Shown here one piece after another: positions 25,098 to 34,410 of a stretch of 47,371 bases of DNA (positions within the stretch are counted from its first letter, which is position 1; every line of letters begins with the position of its first letter). The translations under genes and the position numbers were made by a program. The notes below the pieces were generated by a model that worked only from the letters and a program-made list of their open reading frames with translations, made no database searches and had not been told where the DNA came from. The DNA comes from Candidatus Woesebacteria bacterium (GTDB lineage: Bacteria > Patescibacteriota > Microgenomatia > UBA8517), in assembly GCA_020061305.1 (NCBI GenBank), contig JAGUYM010000014.1, positions 1 through 47,371 on the forward strand, given 5' to 3'.

Positions 25098-26201
25098 TTA
25101 GATCCAACCCATTAAAATAAACGCTCCCATACCTAGCATGACAACCCCAGCAATGAGATGAAGCGTCTCCAGGCGTTTCTTGCGAATCTCCTCGGCTTTT
25201 TGCGGATCAAAGCCTTTATAAACTGCTAAGGAAATGAGGACCATGGGAGAAACAAAGATCAGGTTATAAACAAGAAGATACAAAATTGCCTGCGTATCAA
25301 ATGACTTCTTTGCCAACATACCAAGAATAACAATATAAGGACCACCGGTGCATGGCAGTAAAAATAAACTTACCAAAAATCCAATGAAAAACGCCCCGAC
25401 TGGACCGGTTACGGAGTGAATAAGTTCTTTTAGTCTGGGTCTCCAAGATAAAGGCACTTCCATCAAAAAGCCCTTACCATACCAGAAATAATCCTTAAGA
25501 TTTAAAACCCCTAGGACAATAGCCACCCAACCTACAAATTTGAAAAATGTCCCTGACACACCACCAATACTAAGAGCTTTATATAACCCCAAACCCATCA
25601 AAAAGTAAGAAATGAAAATTGAGGCAGAGAAAGCCAATCCTGAACGAAAAGCTCTTCTGTAGTTTCCCGATGCTAAAATCGTCGTCATGAGAATAATCAA
25701 AACTGCAAACTCGCAAGGGTTAATCGCATCCACCAAACTCCCTGCCACAACAGCCGCCAATGTTAAATCCAAAGGCTTGTTACTTTCTTTAATTTCTACA
25801 ACTACTTGATTATCTTCTGGGATTTTATTCGTGCTTAAAAACTTGTCAGCTTCAGAAACAAAGTTGTCAATGATCGGTTTATCGCCTATCAAAACTTTCT
25901 TATCAATAATAACTGTCGGAACACCTCGGCTATTCTCATCTATTCCCAAACTGGCCAACATCTGGTTAAACAAAAGTGCATTATTGTGGTCAAAATAAAT
26001 TTCCATCTTTTCAACAGGATACTTATTAAATAGATCTCTTTTTTCAAAATACTCAAGCACTTGGGCGCAATGAGGGCATCCAGTACCGTAAAAAAAATAG
26101 ATTTTCTTTGTTTCCTGAGCCTTTGCCAGAATCGCCATCCCAAGAAAAACCAAAATAAATAGTAAGCCTGATACTATCTTTTTTAATAACATAGTTTTCA
26201 T
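25098..26201 (-). CDS. Glutaredoxin-like CxxC domain fused to a CcdA/DsbD-type TM domain
   Basis: GCPHC; DAINPC and LPCTGGPY membrane cysteines. Confidence 0.85.
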   Translation of the reverse strand: MKTMLLKKIVSGLLFILVFLGMAILAKAQETKKIYFFYGTGCPHCAQVLEYFEKRDLFNKYPVEKMEIYFDHNNALLFNQMLASLGIDENSRGVPTVIIDKKVLIGDKPIIDNFVSEADKFLSTNKIPEDNQVVVEIKESNKPLDLTLAAVVAGSLVDAINPCEFAVLIILMTTILASGNYRRAFRSGLAFSASIFISYFLMGLGLYKALSIGGVSGTFFKFVGWVAIVLGVLNLKDYFWYGKGFLMEVPLSWRPRLKELIHSVTGPVGAFFIGFLVSLFLLPCTGGPYIVILGMLAKKSFDTQAILYLLVYNLIFVSPMVLISLAVYKGFDPQKAEEIRKKRLETLHLIAGVVMLGMGAFILMGWI

Positions 26202-26785
26202 TTTTTGATTTTTATCTGATATCGAAATATTATGTGCCGCATATTCTCCAACTTCATCATCTGTTCATTTGTCAGGTGCTCAAAAAACTTCCGTATCGGG
26301 CGGATAGAATTACCATGAGCAACGATCAACACATTCAAGTAACTTCTCCGCATCATGTTCACTACATCTTTTATGAAGGAGAGAACTCTTTTTTCGACTT
26401 GCCTCATGCTTTCTCCTCCAGGAGGAGCTATGTTATAAGAACGATGGTAAATTAGATATAAGTCTGGATGTTCTCTTTTATATTTTTGCTTACTTTTTCT
26501 GGAAAGTGTTCCATAATCTCGTTCTATCAATCGGTCATCTACTACCACTTGCATTCGTGGATGATATTTTTTAATGTGTTTCAAAGTTTCCCTAGTTCTG
26601 GTTAGCGGCGAGGTGAAGGCCAGATCAATCTGTTTACGGGCAAGGTCCTTAGCTAACCGCTCCGCGTGTTTATGTCCCTCAGGACTAAGCTTTGAGTCAA
26701 CTCTACCAGTAAAAATACCCCTTCGGTTGTAGCAACTCTCACAGTGAGTTAAGACATAAATGGTTAAAGTTTTTTTGTTATTCAT
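26198..26785 (-). CDS. Histidine phosphatase / phosphoglycerate mutase-like protein with atypical THC motif
   Basis: LTHCESCYN, TSPLTRTRET, LIERDYG, PPGGES, AHGNSIR. Confidence 0.85.
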   Translation of the reverse strand: MNNKKTLTIYVLTHCESCYNRRGIFTGRVDSKLSPEGHKHAERLAKDLARKQIDLAFTSPLTRTRETLKHIKKYHPRMQVVVDDRLIERDYGTLSRKSKQKYKREHPDLYLIYHRSYNIAPPGGESMRQVEKRVLSFIKDVVNMMRRSYLNVLIVAHGNSIRPIRKFFEHLTNEQMMKLENMRHIIFRYQIKIKK

Positions 26786-27518
26786 GTTCTAAAAATGTAA
26801 CTAGAAACATTATCAAAATACCAACAAGAAACATACCAAAAGATGCTAATGATTTTTTTAGACCTTGCTCTTTCCTTATCTCAGGCATAAGGTCAGAGGC
26901 GGCAATATAAATAAAACCACCTGCAGCAAAAGATAGTAAATAAACAATAAAGTGTTCAGAGAATGAAAGGAAATACCCAACAATCCCACCAACAACAACT
27001 GTTAATGCTACCATGAAATTGGCCACAAGTGCCTTACTTTTCTTAAAACCTGCATATAGAAGCACACCGAAATCACCAATCTCCTGAGGTATTTCGTGCA
27101 AAGCTATTGCTAGGGTAGTAACAACACCCAGTCTAACATCAGCAATAAAAGTGGCAGCCAAGACAAGTCCATCAATGAAATTGTGAACAGCATCACCACA
27201 TAAATTCATGTACCCAAAAGTGTGAACCTTACACTGACCCTTATGACAGTGTCGCCAATGAAACAACTTTTCAACAAAAAAGAAGGCGACGAAGGAAAAA
27301 AGCACTGTACCATAAACACTTGAGCTTTCAAGCGACTTAGAAGCCTCAGGAAGAAGATGAATAAACGCTCCGCCCATCAAAGCACCGGCAGAAAGAGAAA
27401 CCAATAAAAGGAGTATTCTGTCTAATTTATCTGCCTGCATTGCCAAAGTAAAAATCCCCACCAATGCTCCAGCACTGATTAGAAAAGTGGCAATTAAAAT
27501 GTAAATTAGAGTTTCCAT
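26778..27518 (-). CDS. ZIP-family zinc/divalent metal transporter
   Basis: HLLPEA, HWRHCH loop, HNFIDG, HEIPQEIGDF. Confidence 0.93.
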   Translation of the reverse strand: METLIYILIATFLISAGALVGIFTLAMQADKLDRILLLLVSLSAGALMGGAFIHLLPEASKSLESSSVYGTVLFSFVAFFFVEKLFHWRHCHKGQCKVHTFGYMNLCGDAVHNFIDGLVLAATFIADVRLGVVTTLAIALHEIPQEIGDFGVLLYAGFKKSKALVANFMVALTVVVGGIVGYFLSFSEHFIVYLLSFAAGGFIYIAASDLMPEIRKEQGLKKSLASFGMFLVGILIMFLVTFLEHE

Positions 27519-27525
27519 GTGCTTT

Positions 27526-28686
27526 TTAAGTCTCTTGACTGGCGATAAATGCTGCGATAAAAGTCGTAATCGGCACTGCCAGCATTAAGCCAATACTACC
27601 AACTAATGTTCTTACTACTTCATCAGCAATAATTTCGTAATTGATAATATCTGAAAATGGATGAGGATTATCAATAAAAAGCAAGAGTAACGGTAAGGCT
27701 GCGCCTGTGTAAACCAAGATCAAAGTGTTTACCATCGAGGCAATATGATCCTTACCTACCGACATAGCTTTCTTATAAAGTTCTCCGGCCTTAAGTTTTG
27801 AATTAGCCTCTTTCAGCTGTTGAACAATTGCTGACTGGGAAACGGTAATATCATCCAAGACTCCTAAAACACCGATAATGATACCCGCCAAAAGAAGTCC
27901 TTTGATATTAATCAATCCTAGCTTATGTGCCTGCAGAAATCCTGCCTCTTCAGAAGCAAAACCTGTTAGTTTGGCTCCTTCCACAAAAATATCGGCAAGA
28001 ACACCCGTGATGATTAAGGCAATAAGAGTCCCCCCAATCGCAATCCAAGTTTTTTTGTTAAATCCGTGAGACAAAAAGAAAGTGGCAGGAATAATAGCCA
28101 ACGATCCCAAAATCGCAATTTGAACTGGATCACTCCCAGTTGAGATGTTGGGAAGAATAAACTTAAATATGACCAGAAATGAAATGCCCATGCCGATAAG
28201 TGAAGTCACACCATGCCAGCGTCCAATTGCAACCGCCAAGACCGCAAAAACAACAAACAACCAAGCTAAGGCGCTGCGTCTAACATAATCAGTTATAAAG
28301 AAGTTATCATTGCCTTCAAAGTCTTTGCTGAAAATAATAACTAATTCGTCGCCAACCTCATATTTCTGTATATTGCTCATCGGCAGATTACCATTCTCAA
28401 TTGTAATTTTTCTACCTTTAGGAGACCCCTTTGTAACTAAAACTTCAAGTTTTTGATAAAGCTGTGGATCGTCAACCCCCATCGGAATTATCTGCCTCTC
28501 TTCTAAAATCTGGGTTACGGCTCCCTCAAGGGTTTCCTCTTGACGATCCGCCACCCCGAGTTGCTCTGTTTGAATCTGATTTGATGGCGTTATCTCCTGA
28601 GCGAAAATGGTGGATGAAAAATACAGTAAAGAAAGAGGGGCTAAGCCACAAACTAAAACACTTAATAATAATTTTTTTATAGTCAT
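27526..28686 (-). CDS. YibE/F family membrane protein
   Basis: GVLDDITVSQ, DHIASMVNTLILVYTG, RTLVGSIGL. Confidence 0.9.
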   Translation of the reverse strand: MTIKKLLLSVLVCGLAPLSLLYFSSTIFAQEITPSNQIQTEQLGVADRQEETLEGAVTQILEERQIIPMGVDDPQLYQKLEVLVTKGSPKGRKITIENGNLPMSNIQKYEVGDELVIIFSKDFEGNDNFFITDYVRRSALAWLFVVFAVLAVAIGRWHGVTSLIGMGISFLVIFKFILPNISTGSDPVQIAILGSLAIIPATFFLSHGFNKKTWIAIGGTLIALIITGVLADIFVEGAKLTGFASEEAGFLQAHKLGLINIKGLLLAGIIIGVLGVLDDITVSQSAIVQQLKEANSKLKAGELYKKAMSVGKDHIASMVNTLILVYTGAALPLLLLFIDNPHPFSDIINYEIIADEVVRTLVGSIGLMLAVPITTFIAAFIASQET

Positions 28687-28720
28687 TTCAATATAAAATA
28701 TTTTTTATAGTCATTTCAAT
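28673..28720. repeat. 20-bp direct repeat duplicating the yibE/F start region
   Basis: TTTTTTATAGTCATTTCAAT at 28673-28692 and 28701-28720. Confidence 0.85.
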
Positions 28721-28729
28721 TTTGTTTGT

Positions 28730-29158
28730 CTATGTTGTTTTTCTGGCACACTCAGCACAAGTGCCGTAAAACTCCAGCGTATGCTGTTTTATCCTAAAAC
28801 CCCTTTTTTTGAAAACATCATCCTCAAGCTCAGATGCTAAGCAATTGGTGACATTATCAATAGCACCACAAGTACTACAAACCAGGTGATGATGATGTTT
28901 TAATTCTGACGACTCATAAGAAACCTCATTAGGACGAAGATAAACTTCTACCAAATATCCGTTTGCAAGTAAGAATTGCAATTCACGGTATATAGTAGCT
29001 TTATTCACAGACAAACAAACTTGAAGCATCTTTTCTTCAACTTGGTTAGCTGAAAGAGGAGTTGTATTTTCGGAGAAAATTTTGACTACCTCTTTCCTAA
29101 CTTTGGTAATTCGATGTCCCTTGTCTTGTAAGCTGGAAAGAGTAATATCTAAGTTCAT
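28730..29158 (-). CDS. Fur-family regulator (Zur-like by context)
   Basis: ATIYREL, HHHHLVCSTCG, FYGTCAEC. Confidence 0.92.
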   Translation of the reverse strand: MNLDITLSSLQDKGHRITKVRKEVVKIFSENTTPLSANQVEEKMLQVCLSVNKATIYRELQFLLANGYLVEVYLRPNEVSYESSELKHHHHLVCSTCGAIDNVTNCLASELEDDVFKKRGFRIKQHTLEFYGTCAECARKTT

Positions 29159-29169
29159 AATTAATATTA

Positions 29170-29186
29170 ATGCAAATTATATGCAT
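29170..29186. promoter_or_regulatory. Putative Fur/Zur operator
   Basis: Imperfect palindrome ATGCAAATTATATGCAT 12 nt upstream of the regulator start. Confidence 0.5.
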
Positions 29187-29372
29187 CTAATTATACTAAA
29201 TTGATTAACTATATCAATAGCTTAACGCAAGAAGATTGCGTTTAACTGAGTGTTTGGGACGATATCCGAACCAATTTCGCCTAAAATATGTAAGGCAAGT
29301 GAACTATCCCCAGCCCCCCCTTCCGCCCGCCCGCAGAAGCAATTCTTTCGGATTGGACGATTTCAAGTTTTT

Positions 29373-30263
29373 CTAGCCAGCTTTTGCTGGCTCGCTCGGC
29401 TCTACCGAGCTTGGCGGCAAATTCTTTTGATTACCTTTTCGTAATTTTATCATTTCTTCTGAAAATAAAATCTCGTGTAATTTATCTGCTGGCGTTACAG
29501 CAGCTATCCCAACATTTTGTAGCGAGATCAAATTAGCTACAGTATCTGTGATTTGTATTTGATTACCACTCAAAAAACTCCCCGTCATTAAACCAGCCAA
29601 AAAAATAACTGGACCCCCTAAACTTATCTGACCTGGCTTTCGCATTGGATTAAGTTGGAAAAACACAGGTGAACCACTATTCCCCCCGAAAGACTGACAC
29701 TCAAGTAAATACAAGTCCATCAATTTTGCTGGCTTATCTTTTTCTTTCCATTCAATCTTTTCATCTGAAATTAAAGCCACCTTTCCAAATCTTATAATGG
29801 GCTGGTTTCTTTTTTGGCCGATATGGGAAGTAAATAAACCAGCAAAGAAAACCTCATCACCTTCGGCGATTTCGTTTTTCTCTACAACTTCTTTATTAGC
29901 TATTAAGCTGTTTGGAACGAACTTAAAATCAAAAACTTTTTGATCTGGTAAACAATTAAACAAGGCAATATCAACATCTTTGTCGGTATGTTCAAAAATC
30001 TGAACATCTTTTAGTGAAATTTTTATTAACTGTGAACCCCCGTCTTTTTTATTAAGACGCAAAACAATTTCAGCCAGATAATTACCATCTTTATCTTTTA
30101 ATACATGCTTTGCTGTTACAAAATAAACATTAAAAATTTCTTCGTTTCCTTCATTCTTAACCCCAACGAAAAATCCTGTTCCATTGGGCTTTAGTTTATT
30201 TTCCCCTTCTGGCACGAAAATAAATGATACTGATTTTTTAATTTCTTGTAGATGGTTTGCCAT
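29373..30263 (-). CDS. Trypsin-like serine protease, no signal peptide
   Basis: GTGFF, TAKH (His), DIAL (Asp), GGNSGSP (Ser); start 1 nt after the MTase stop. Confidence 0.88.
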   Translation of the reverse strand: MANHLQEIKKSVSFIFVPEGENKLKPNGTGFFVGVKNEGNEEIFNVYFVTAKHVLKDKDGNYLAEIVLRLNKKDGGSQLIKISLKDVQIFEHTDKDVDIALFNCLPDQKVFDFKFVPNSLIANKEVVEKNEIAEGDEVFFAGLFTSHIGQKRNQPIIRFGKVALISDEKIEWKEKDKPAKLMDLYLLECQSFGGNSGSPVFFQLNPMRKPGQISLGGPVIFLAGLMTGSFLSGNQIQITDTVANLISLQNVGIAAVTPADKLHEILFSEEMIKLRKGNQKNLPPSSVEPSEPAKAG

Positions 30264-30264
30264 G

Positions 30265-32310
30265 CTAGATTTCAATATTTATCTTTTTTATTCTCTCTTG
30301 ATACTGTTTTCTTTCAAAAAAACCCTCTTTAATTATTCCACCAATTCTTTCTTGCTCTTTTATATTTGGTAATAAAATCAGGATGTTTAACAAATCAGAA
30401 TCTAACAAAGAAGGGATTGCTGCACCTGTTCTAAATCGATAGACCTGATCCAGAAAATACTTTGATTTTAGAAAATATAGTAAGTAAAAAGGATTTATTT
30501 TTTTTTCATCGATGTTAAATACACGAAACCCATTAGTACATACACAACCGTCATAATCCTTTGTCACATATGCGGAAGCATGACTATTTGTACCGATAGA
30601 GTTTCCTGCTACTGCTGTTATTATCTCGCCTTCTTTTAATTCGTAGGAAGCCCTACTTGGTAATTCATGAACAAGTTGCTCTGTTGCATTTATAATCTCA
30701 TTGTATTGAGTGCTTATGTCGGATAATTCAACATATCTTACAAGAAGGTCTTTCTGTTTTAATTTATTAGATTTTGACTTTTTAATTTTTACCAAATCGC
30801 CAAGCCGTTGTGCCCCATTTTTTAAAAGTACTTTTTCAGTCTGTCTATAACTTGGCCTGTAAAATTCAAAATCTAGTCGCGAATAATCTATGTCGTTATT
30901 ATTAACTGTAAAGATATTTTCATTTTCTTTTAGATTGTTCCTGCTACTATAGCCCAAGTAAGTTGAAATAACATCAGATATATCCTCATCTATTCTAGGC
31001 TCTCCGCCTGGTGTTTTTAATATATTTCCGCGATCATCTTTTTTATAAACCAAAGATCCGTTCTTGTTTCCCGAATAGCCAAGTTTAGTTATTTGGGCAA
31101 AAAATACTTTCCCTAGCTTTTCTTCTCCATTTTTTTTCCTCAAAAATAAAATAGATGTTTTAACTCCAGTACCTGAAGGTATAAAAGTCTCTTGCGGTAG
31201 CTTTATAACCGCCAATACATCCGCAACTTTCTGGATATAGTACCGTAAATAAGAAAGGCTTGAGTTTTCAAAATCACCATTTGGTAAAACTATCGCCATT
31301 CTTCCCCCCGGTTTTAGAAACTGTAAACATCTTTCTATAAATAGAATTTCGGGTACCTGCCCATTAAGCAAGATATCGCTCCTAAAATAATTTGCTTCCG
31401 ACCCATTCCATTTGTAGCCAAGATCAAAGTTTCTTAATACTGATTTGTCAGATATTTTGCCTTGTGTACCAAAGGGCGGATTAGTAAGGATAACATCAAA
31501 GAAATTTCGATAGGTTTTATTATCTTGCTTATCTGTCTTATTCAGCTCAAGATCAAGATTGCTCCAATCAGATAATGAGTCATTTTGAGTAATATTAGAA
31601 AATCCATCTCCATCTAAAATCATCCGCATTTTTGCGATTTTTGCGGCGGAACGACTAATTTCAATTCCGTATATTTTTTCTTTAGCAAACGTTTTTGATT
31701 TTTTTGGCTCATTAATAGAAACATATTGCAATGCGGAGCTAAGAAAACCACCGCTACCACATGCAGGATCTAAAACTGTCTCGTTTGCTTTTGGTTGAAT
31801 AATCTCTACACATAATTTTATGACTTGTTCAGGTGTGAAAAATTGTCCTCTCCCAACGCGTTGAGAAGAATGAATGAATTTTTGAAATGCAAGCCCCTTA
31901 ACGTCATTTGAGGAGTTAAGCAGGTCAATGTTCTGTAATTTATTAACAACAAACCCAAGTGTGCTGTTTTTTAACTTTATTTTTTCGTCTTTCTCAAAAA
32001 GATTTGAAAAGAATCTGAAAGTATTTTTTTGTAGATCCTGAAACCTATTTAAAAAATCTTTGCTGGTTTCCCCATCTTTGACTTGGTCATACTCCGATGA
32101 TGAAATTTTAAATTCCAAGGTTTTGTTTTTTTCATCAAAAATCTTCAAGAAAAGCACTTTTATTGTTTCCTCAAGTGCCTGCTCGGGTGATAGTCCGTCA
32201 TTTGCGTAAATATGGTTGTGGATGTCTTCAAAGACTCTCAACAGTCCGTCATTTCTTTTCAAAGACGGCTCATCATAAAAGGTGAATAAAGGTAGTGTGG
32301 ATTGACTCAT
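30265..32310 (-). CDS. N6-adenine MTase (HsdM-like, gamma class) with C-terminal HsdS-like target recognition domain
   Basis: GQFFTP, LDPACGSGGF, TNPPFG; C-terminal TRD pattern INPFYLLYFLKS...GAAIPSL...LPNIKEQERI. Confidence 0.9.
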   Translation of the reverse strand: MSQSTLPLFTFYDEPSLKRNDGLLRVFEDIHNHIYANDGLSPEQALEETIKVLFLKIFDEKNKTLEFKISSSEYDQVKDGETSKDFLNRFQDLQKNTFRFFSNLFEKDEKIKLKNSTLGFVVNKLQNIDLLNSSNDVKGLAFQKFIHSSQRVGRGQFFTPEQVIKLCVEIIQPKANETVLDPACGSGGFLSSALQYVSINEPKKSKTFAKEKIYGIEISRSAAKIAKMRMILDGDGFSNITQNDSLSDWSNLDLELNKTDKQDNKTYRNFFDVILTNPPFGTQGKISDKSVLRNFDLGYKWNGSEANYFRSDILLNGQVPEILFIERCLQFLKPGGRMAIVLPNGDFENSSLSYLRYYIQKVADVLAVIKLPQETFIPSGTGVKTSILFLRKKNGEEKLGKVFFAQITKLGYSGNKNGSLVYKKDDRGNILKTPGGEPRIDEDISDVISTYLGYSSRNNLKENENIFTVNNNDIDYSRLDFEFYRPSYRQTEKVLLKNGAQRLGDLVKIKKSKSNKLKQKDLLVRYVELSDISTQYNEIINATEQLVHELPSRASYELKEGEIITAVAGNSIGTNSHASAYVTKDYDGCVCTNGFRVFNIDEKKINPFYLLYFLKSKYFLDQVYRFRTGAAIPSLLDSDLLNILILLPNIKEQERIGGIIKEGFFERKQYQERIKKINIEI

Positions 32311-32327
32311 AATTTGAAATAATAATA

Positions 32328-32368
32328 GCTAACACTTTAATGTTAGCCTACAGACACAAATGTGTCAA
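32328..32368 (-). promoter_or_regulatory. MTase promoter overlapped by a GCTAAC inverted repeat
   Basis: Minus strand TTGACA-N17-TAACAT; GCTAACA-N6-TGTTAGC at 32328-32347. Confidence 0.6.
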
Positions 32369-32371
32369 CTA

Positions 32372-33325
32372 CTACCTGTTATCAATTTGTGTACGGTCTA
32401 TGGGCCTGTAAATTGGCTTTGTTTGAGTAATACAGTCTTCTACATCCAAGTACCAAGGCTGTTGGACAATCGGTCTATTTTTCTTACCTTTTACCAGAAT
32501 ATCAATAATATAATTTTGATATAAGTGCTCTGGTGATGTTGGCGAGTGGCTTATTTCTTGGCTATTCATAAAAACAAATTCATGTCTTCCTGTTCGTAGA
32601 AACAAATCAACGCTCATTATGTTGAAATCGTATACTAAAGGAGCAGCTTGATCTATTCCAGTTTTAATACCCACTCTTTTACTGGGTTGGTGTGTCTCAA
32701 GAATTGCTATTGCACCATCAACATTTCGATAGGCTTGTTCTGTAAAACTGCTCTTATCTAAAGAATAAACCCACTCCTTTAAGTTATCTTCGCTACTCCA
32801 AATTTTATCTAAGTTATAAGATTCAGGACCTGGAAAATTTTTATTCCAACTAAATCCTAGAAATTTCTTTCCGGGATTTTTCTGTTCCCATTTTCCTTTT
32901 GCTTTTAGGTAGGTTGCGTAACCTCTTTGATAAGTCGTTTTCTTAGTTTTGGACTCATTAAAGACCCTTACTTTTAAAAATTTAAAAACTTTTTCTGGTG
33001 AATCCAATTTGCTACCTCGAAACTCAGAATTACTTTTTAAGCCCTTGCTCTCAATAACGAGCCACTTATCAGCCTTGTTGCCTTGCTTTCTTATGTAGAA
33101 ATCACCTCTTGCCTCGTAATTCTTTGCTTTATTTCCCCCGCTCGGTTTTTCCTTTATGCGAATTACCTCATAGCCCTTAGCTTCAAGATAGTCCTTCAGT
33201 AGAACTTCGCTTATTGCACCAGCAATATAGCCCTGCGCGCTAGGGCTTAATTTTAGAGCTTCAAGAAAAATGCGCTCATCAACTCCAAAATGTTTTAAGA
33301 TATTTTCATCAACCATACTATTCAA
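32372..33325 (-). CDS. Putative type II restriction endonuclease (PD-(D/E)xK)
   Basis: GAISE...RGDFYI...VIESKG; lies between the controller and the MTase. Confidence 0.7.
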   Translation of the reverse strand: MNSMVDENILKHFGVDERIFLEALKLSPSAQGYIAGAISEVLLKDYLEAKGYEVIRIKEKPSGGNKAKNYEARGDFYIRKQGNKADKWLVIESKGLKSNSEFRGSKLDSPEKVFKFLKVRVFNESKTKKTTYQRGYATYLKAKGKWEQKNPGKKFLGFSWNKNFPGPESYNLDKIWSSEDNLKEWVYSLDKSSFTEQAYRNVDGAIAILETHQPSKRVGIKTGIDQAAPLVYDFNIMSVDLFLRTGRHEFVFMNSQEISHSPTSPEHLYQNYIIDILVKGKKNRPIVQQPWYLDVEDCITQTKPIYRPIDRTQIDNR

Positions 33326-33533
33326 AAGTTAGTAGATCATTGATATTCAGCTTTAGAGCATTAGCCACTTTTTCAATATTCTCTAAAGTAATGTTCTTCT
33401 CAGCTCTCTCGATCATTCCAATATAAGTGCGGTGAACACCGGCCTTTGCGGCTAGTGATTCTTGAGAAAGACCTTGTTTTAATCTTTCTTGCCTTACTCG
33501 TTCACCAAATTTTACTAATGTAGTTTTCTTCAT
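33318..33533 (-). CDS. R-M controller (C) protein, XRE HTH
   Basis: LSQESLAAKAGVHRTYIGMIERAEKNITLENIEKVANAL; overlaps the REase start. Confidence 0.88.
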   Translation of the reverse strand: MKKTTLVKFGERVRQERLKQGLSQESLAAKAGVHRTYIGMIERAEKNITLENIEKVANALKLNINDLLTFE

Positions 33534-33549
33534 AATTTTGTAATCTAAA

Positions 33550-33602
33550 GCTAACTATAGTATATGGGGTTGCTAATTTTAGTTCTACATACTATAGTTA
33601 GC
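33550..33602. promoter_or_regulatory. C-box operator
   Basis: Perfect 14-bp inverted repeat GCTAACTATAGTAT (33550-33563) / ATACTATAGTTAGC (33589-33602), each arm with an ACTATAGT core. Confidence 0.75.
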
Positions 33603-33740
33603 ATATGTATTCCTGTCTTAAAATGAGGGAAGCCCGCTTTTGGCCAGCCCCTTCGTGGCAAAGATAAAAAAATCCAATTTGCGCTTAAAATCGGCTGGCG
33701 AGCCCTCGCAGAGGGCGAGCCAACAGCAACATTTCCTAAC

Positions 33741-33831
33741 TGGCGGTGAGGGAGAGATTCGAACTCTCGATAACCTTTATGGCTATACGCGCTTTCCAAG
33801 CGCGCGCACTCGACCACTATGCGACCTCACC
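33741..33831 (-). tRNA. tRNA-Ser(GGA)
   Basis: GGTGAGG/CCTCACC acceptor, CGCGC-TT-GGA-AA-GCGCG, long variable arm, CCA. Confidence 0.96.
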
Positions 33832-33890
33832 GAGTCAGAAAACGAAAGTGACGGAGCGCAAGATCTCTTGCTACTTTGTGGCAAGCTTGC

Positions 33891-34379
33891 TTATGCAACT
33901 TCACTGAGTTCATCTCCAATGATCTCATTCTCTTCTACATCAGGATTCTTTTTCTTATTTTTTGACCATTCCTTAACCATCTCATTTGCTTTTTTTAAAA
34001 AATCTTTTTCTTTTTTAATTTTTAGTCTCTTTGTTCCCGATTGATAATCAATCCACGACGAATCACCTAAACCCATAACTTCTGCACCAGCTTTATAAAA
34101 CATCAAATAATAAATTGTTCTTTGATTGATACTTTTTGAATTGACTATCGTAGTTCCCGCAAGTCTTCCCACCTCATCCAAAACTCTCGCATTCATATTT
34201 CCCTGTTCCGTCGTAAATCTAATAACAGATCTTACAGACGACTCTCCCCTCCTAACAGTAGTTTTGGGAATTTCCCATTCGCCATTTATATTTTTAGTAA
34301 GAAGAAATAATTTTTTCCCCTTTCCTTCTTTGAAAATAATTGCGGCCCCAACCAAGACTTCTCCGTTTCCGTTTTTCAT
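33891..34379 (-). CDS. NUDIX-fold protein with degenerate Nudix box
   Basis: WEIPKTTVRRGESSVRSVIRFTTEQG. Confidence 0.65.
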   Translation of the reverse strand: MKNGNGEVLVGAAIIFKEGKGKKLFLLTKNINGEWEIPKTTVRRGESSVRSVIRFTTEQGNMNARVLDEVGRLAGTTIVNSKSINQRTIYYLMFYKAGAEVMGLGDSSWIDYQSGTKRLKIKKEKDFLKKANEMVKEWSKNKKKNPDVEENEIIGDELSEVA

Positions 34380-34410
34380 ATGTAAATGAAGCTATTATAT
34401 CAGAAAAATG

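Larger units (their letters stand above)
29246..33743. mobile_element. Degenerate LSR-type defence island at tRNA-Ser(GGA) 3' end (about 4.5 kb)
   Basis: LSR-like C-terminal scar reading into the tRNA CCA (…KDKKIQF…FPNWR*) at one end; displaced tail LSVWDDIRTNFA* at 29246-29284 at the other. Confidence 0.6.
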
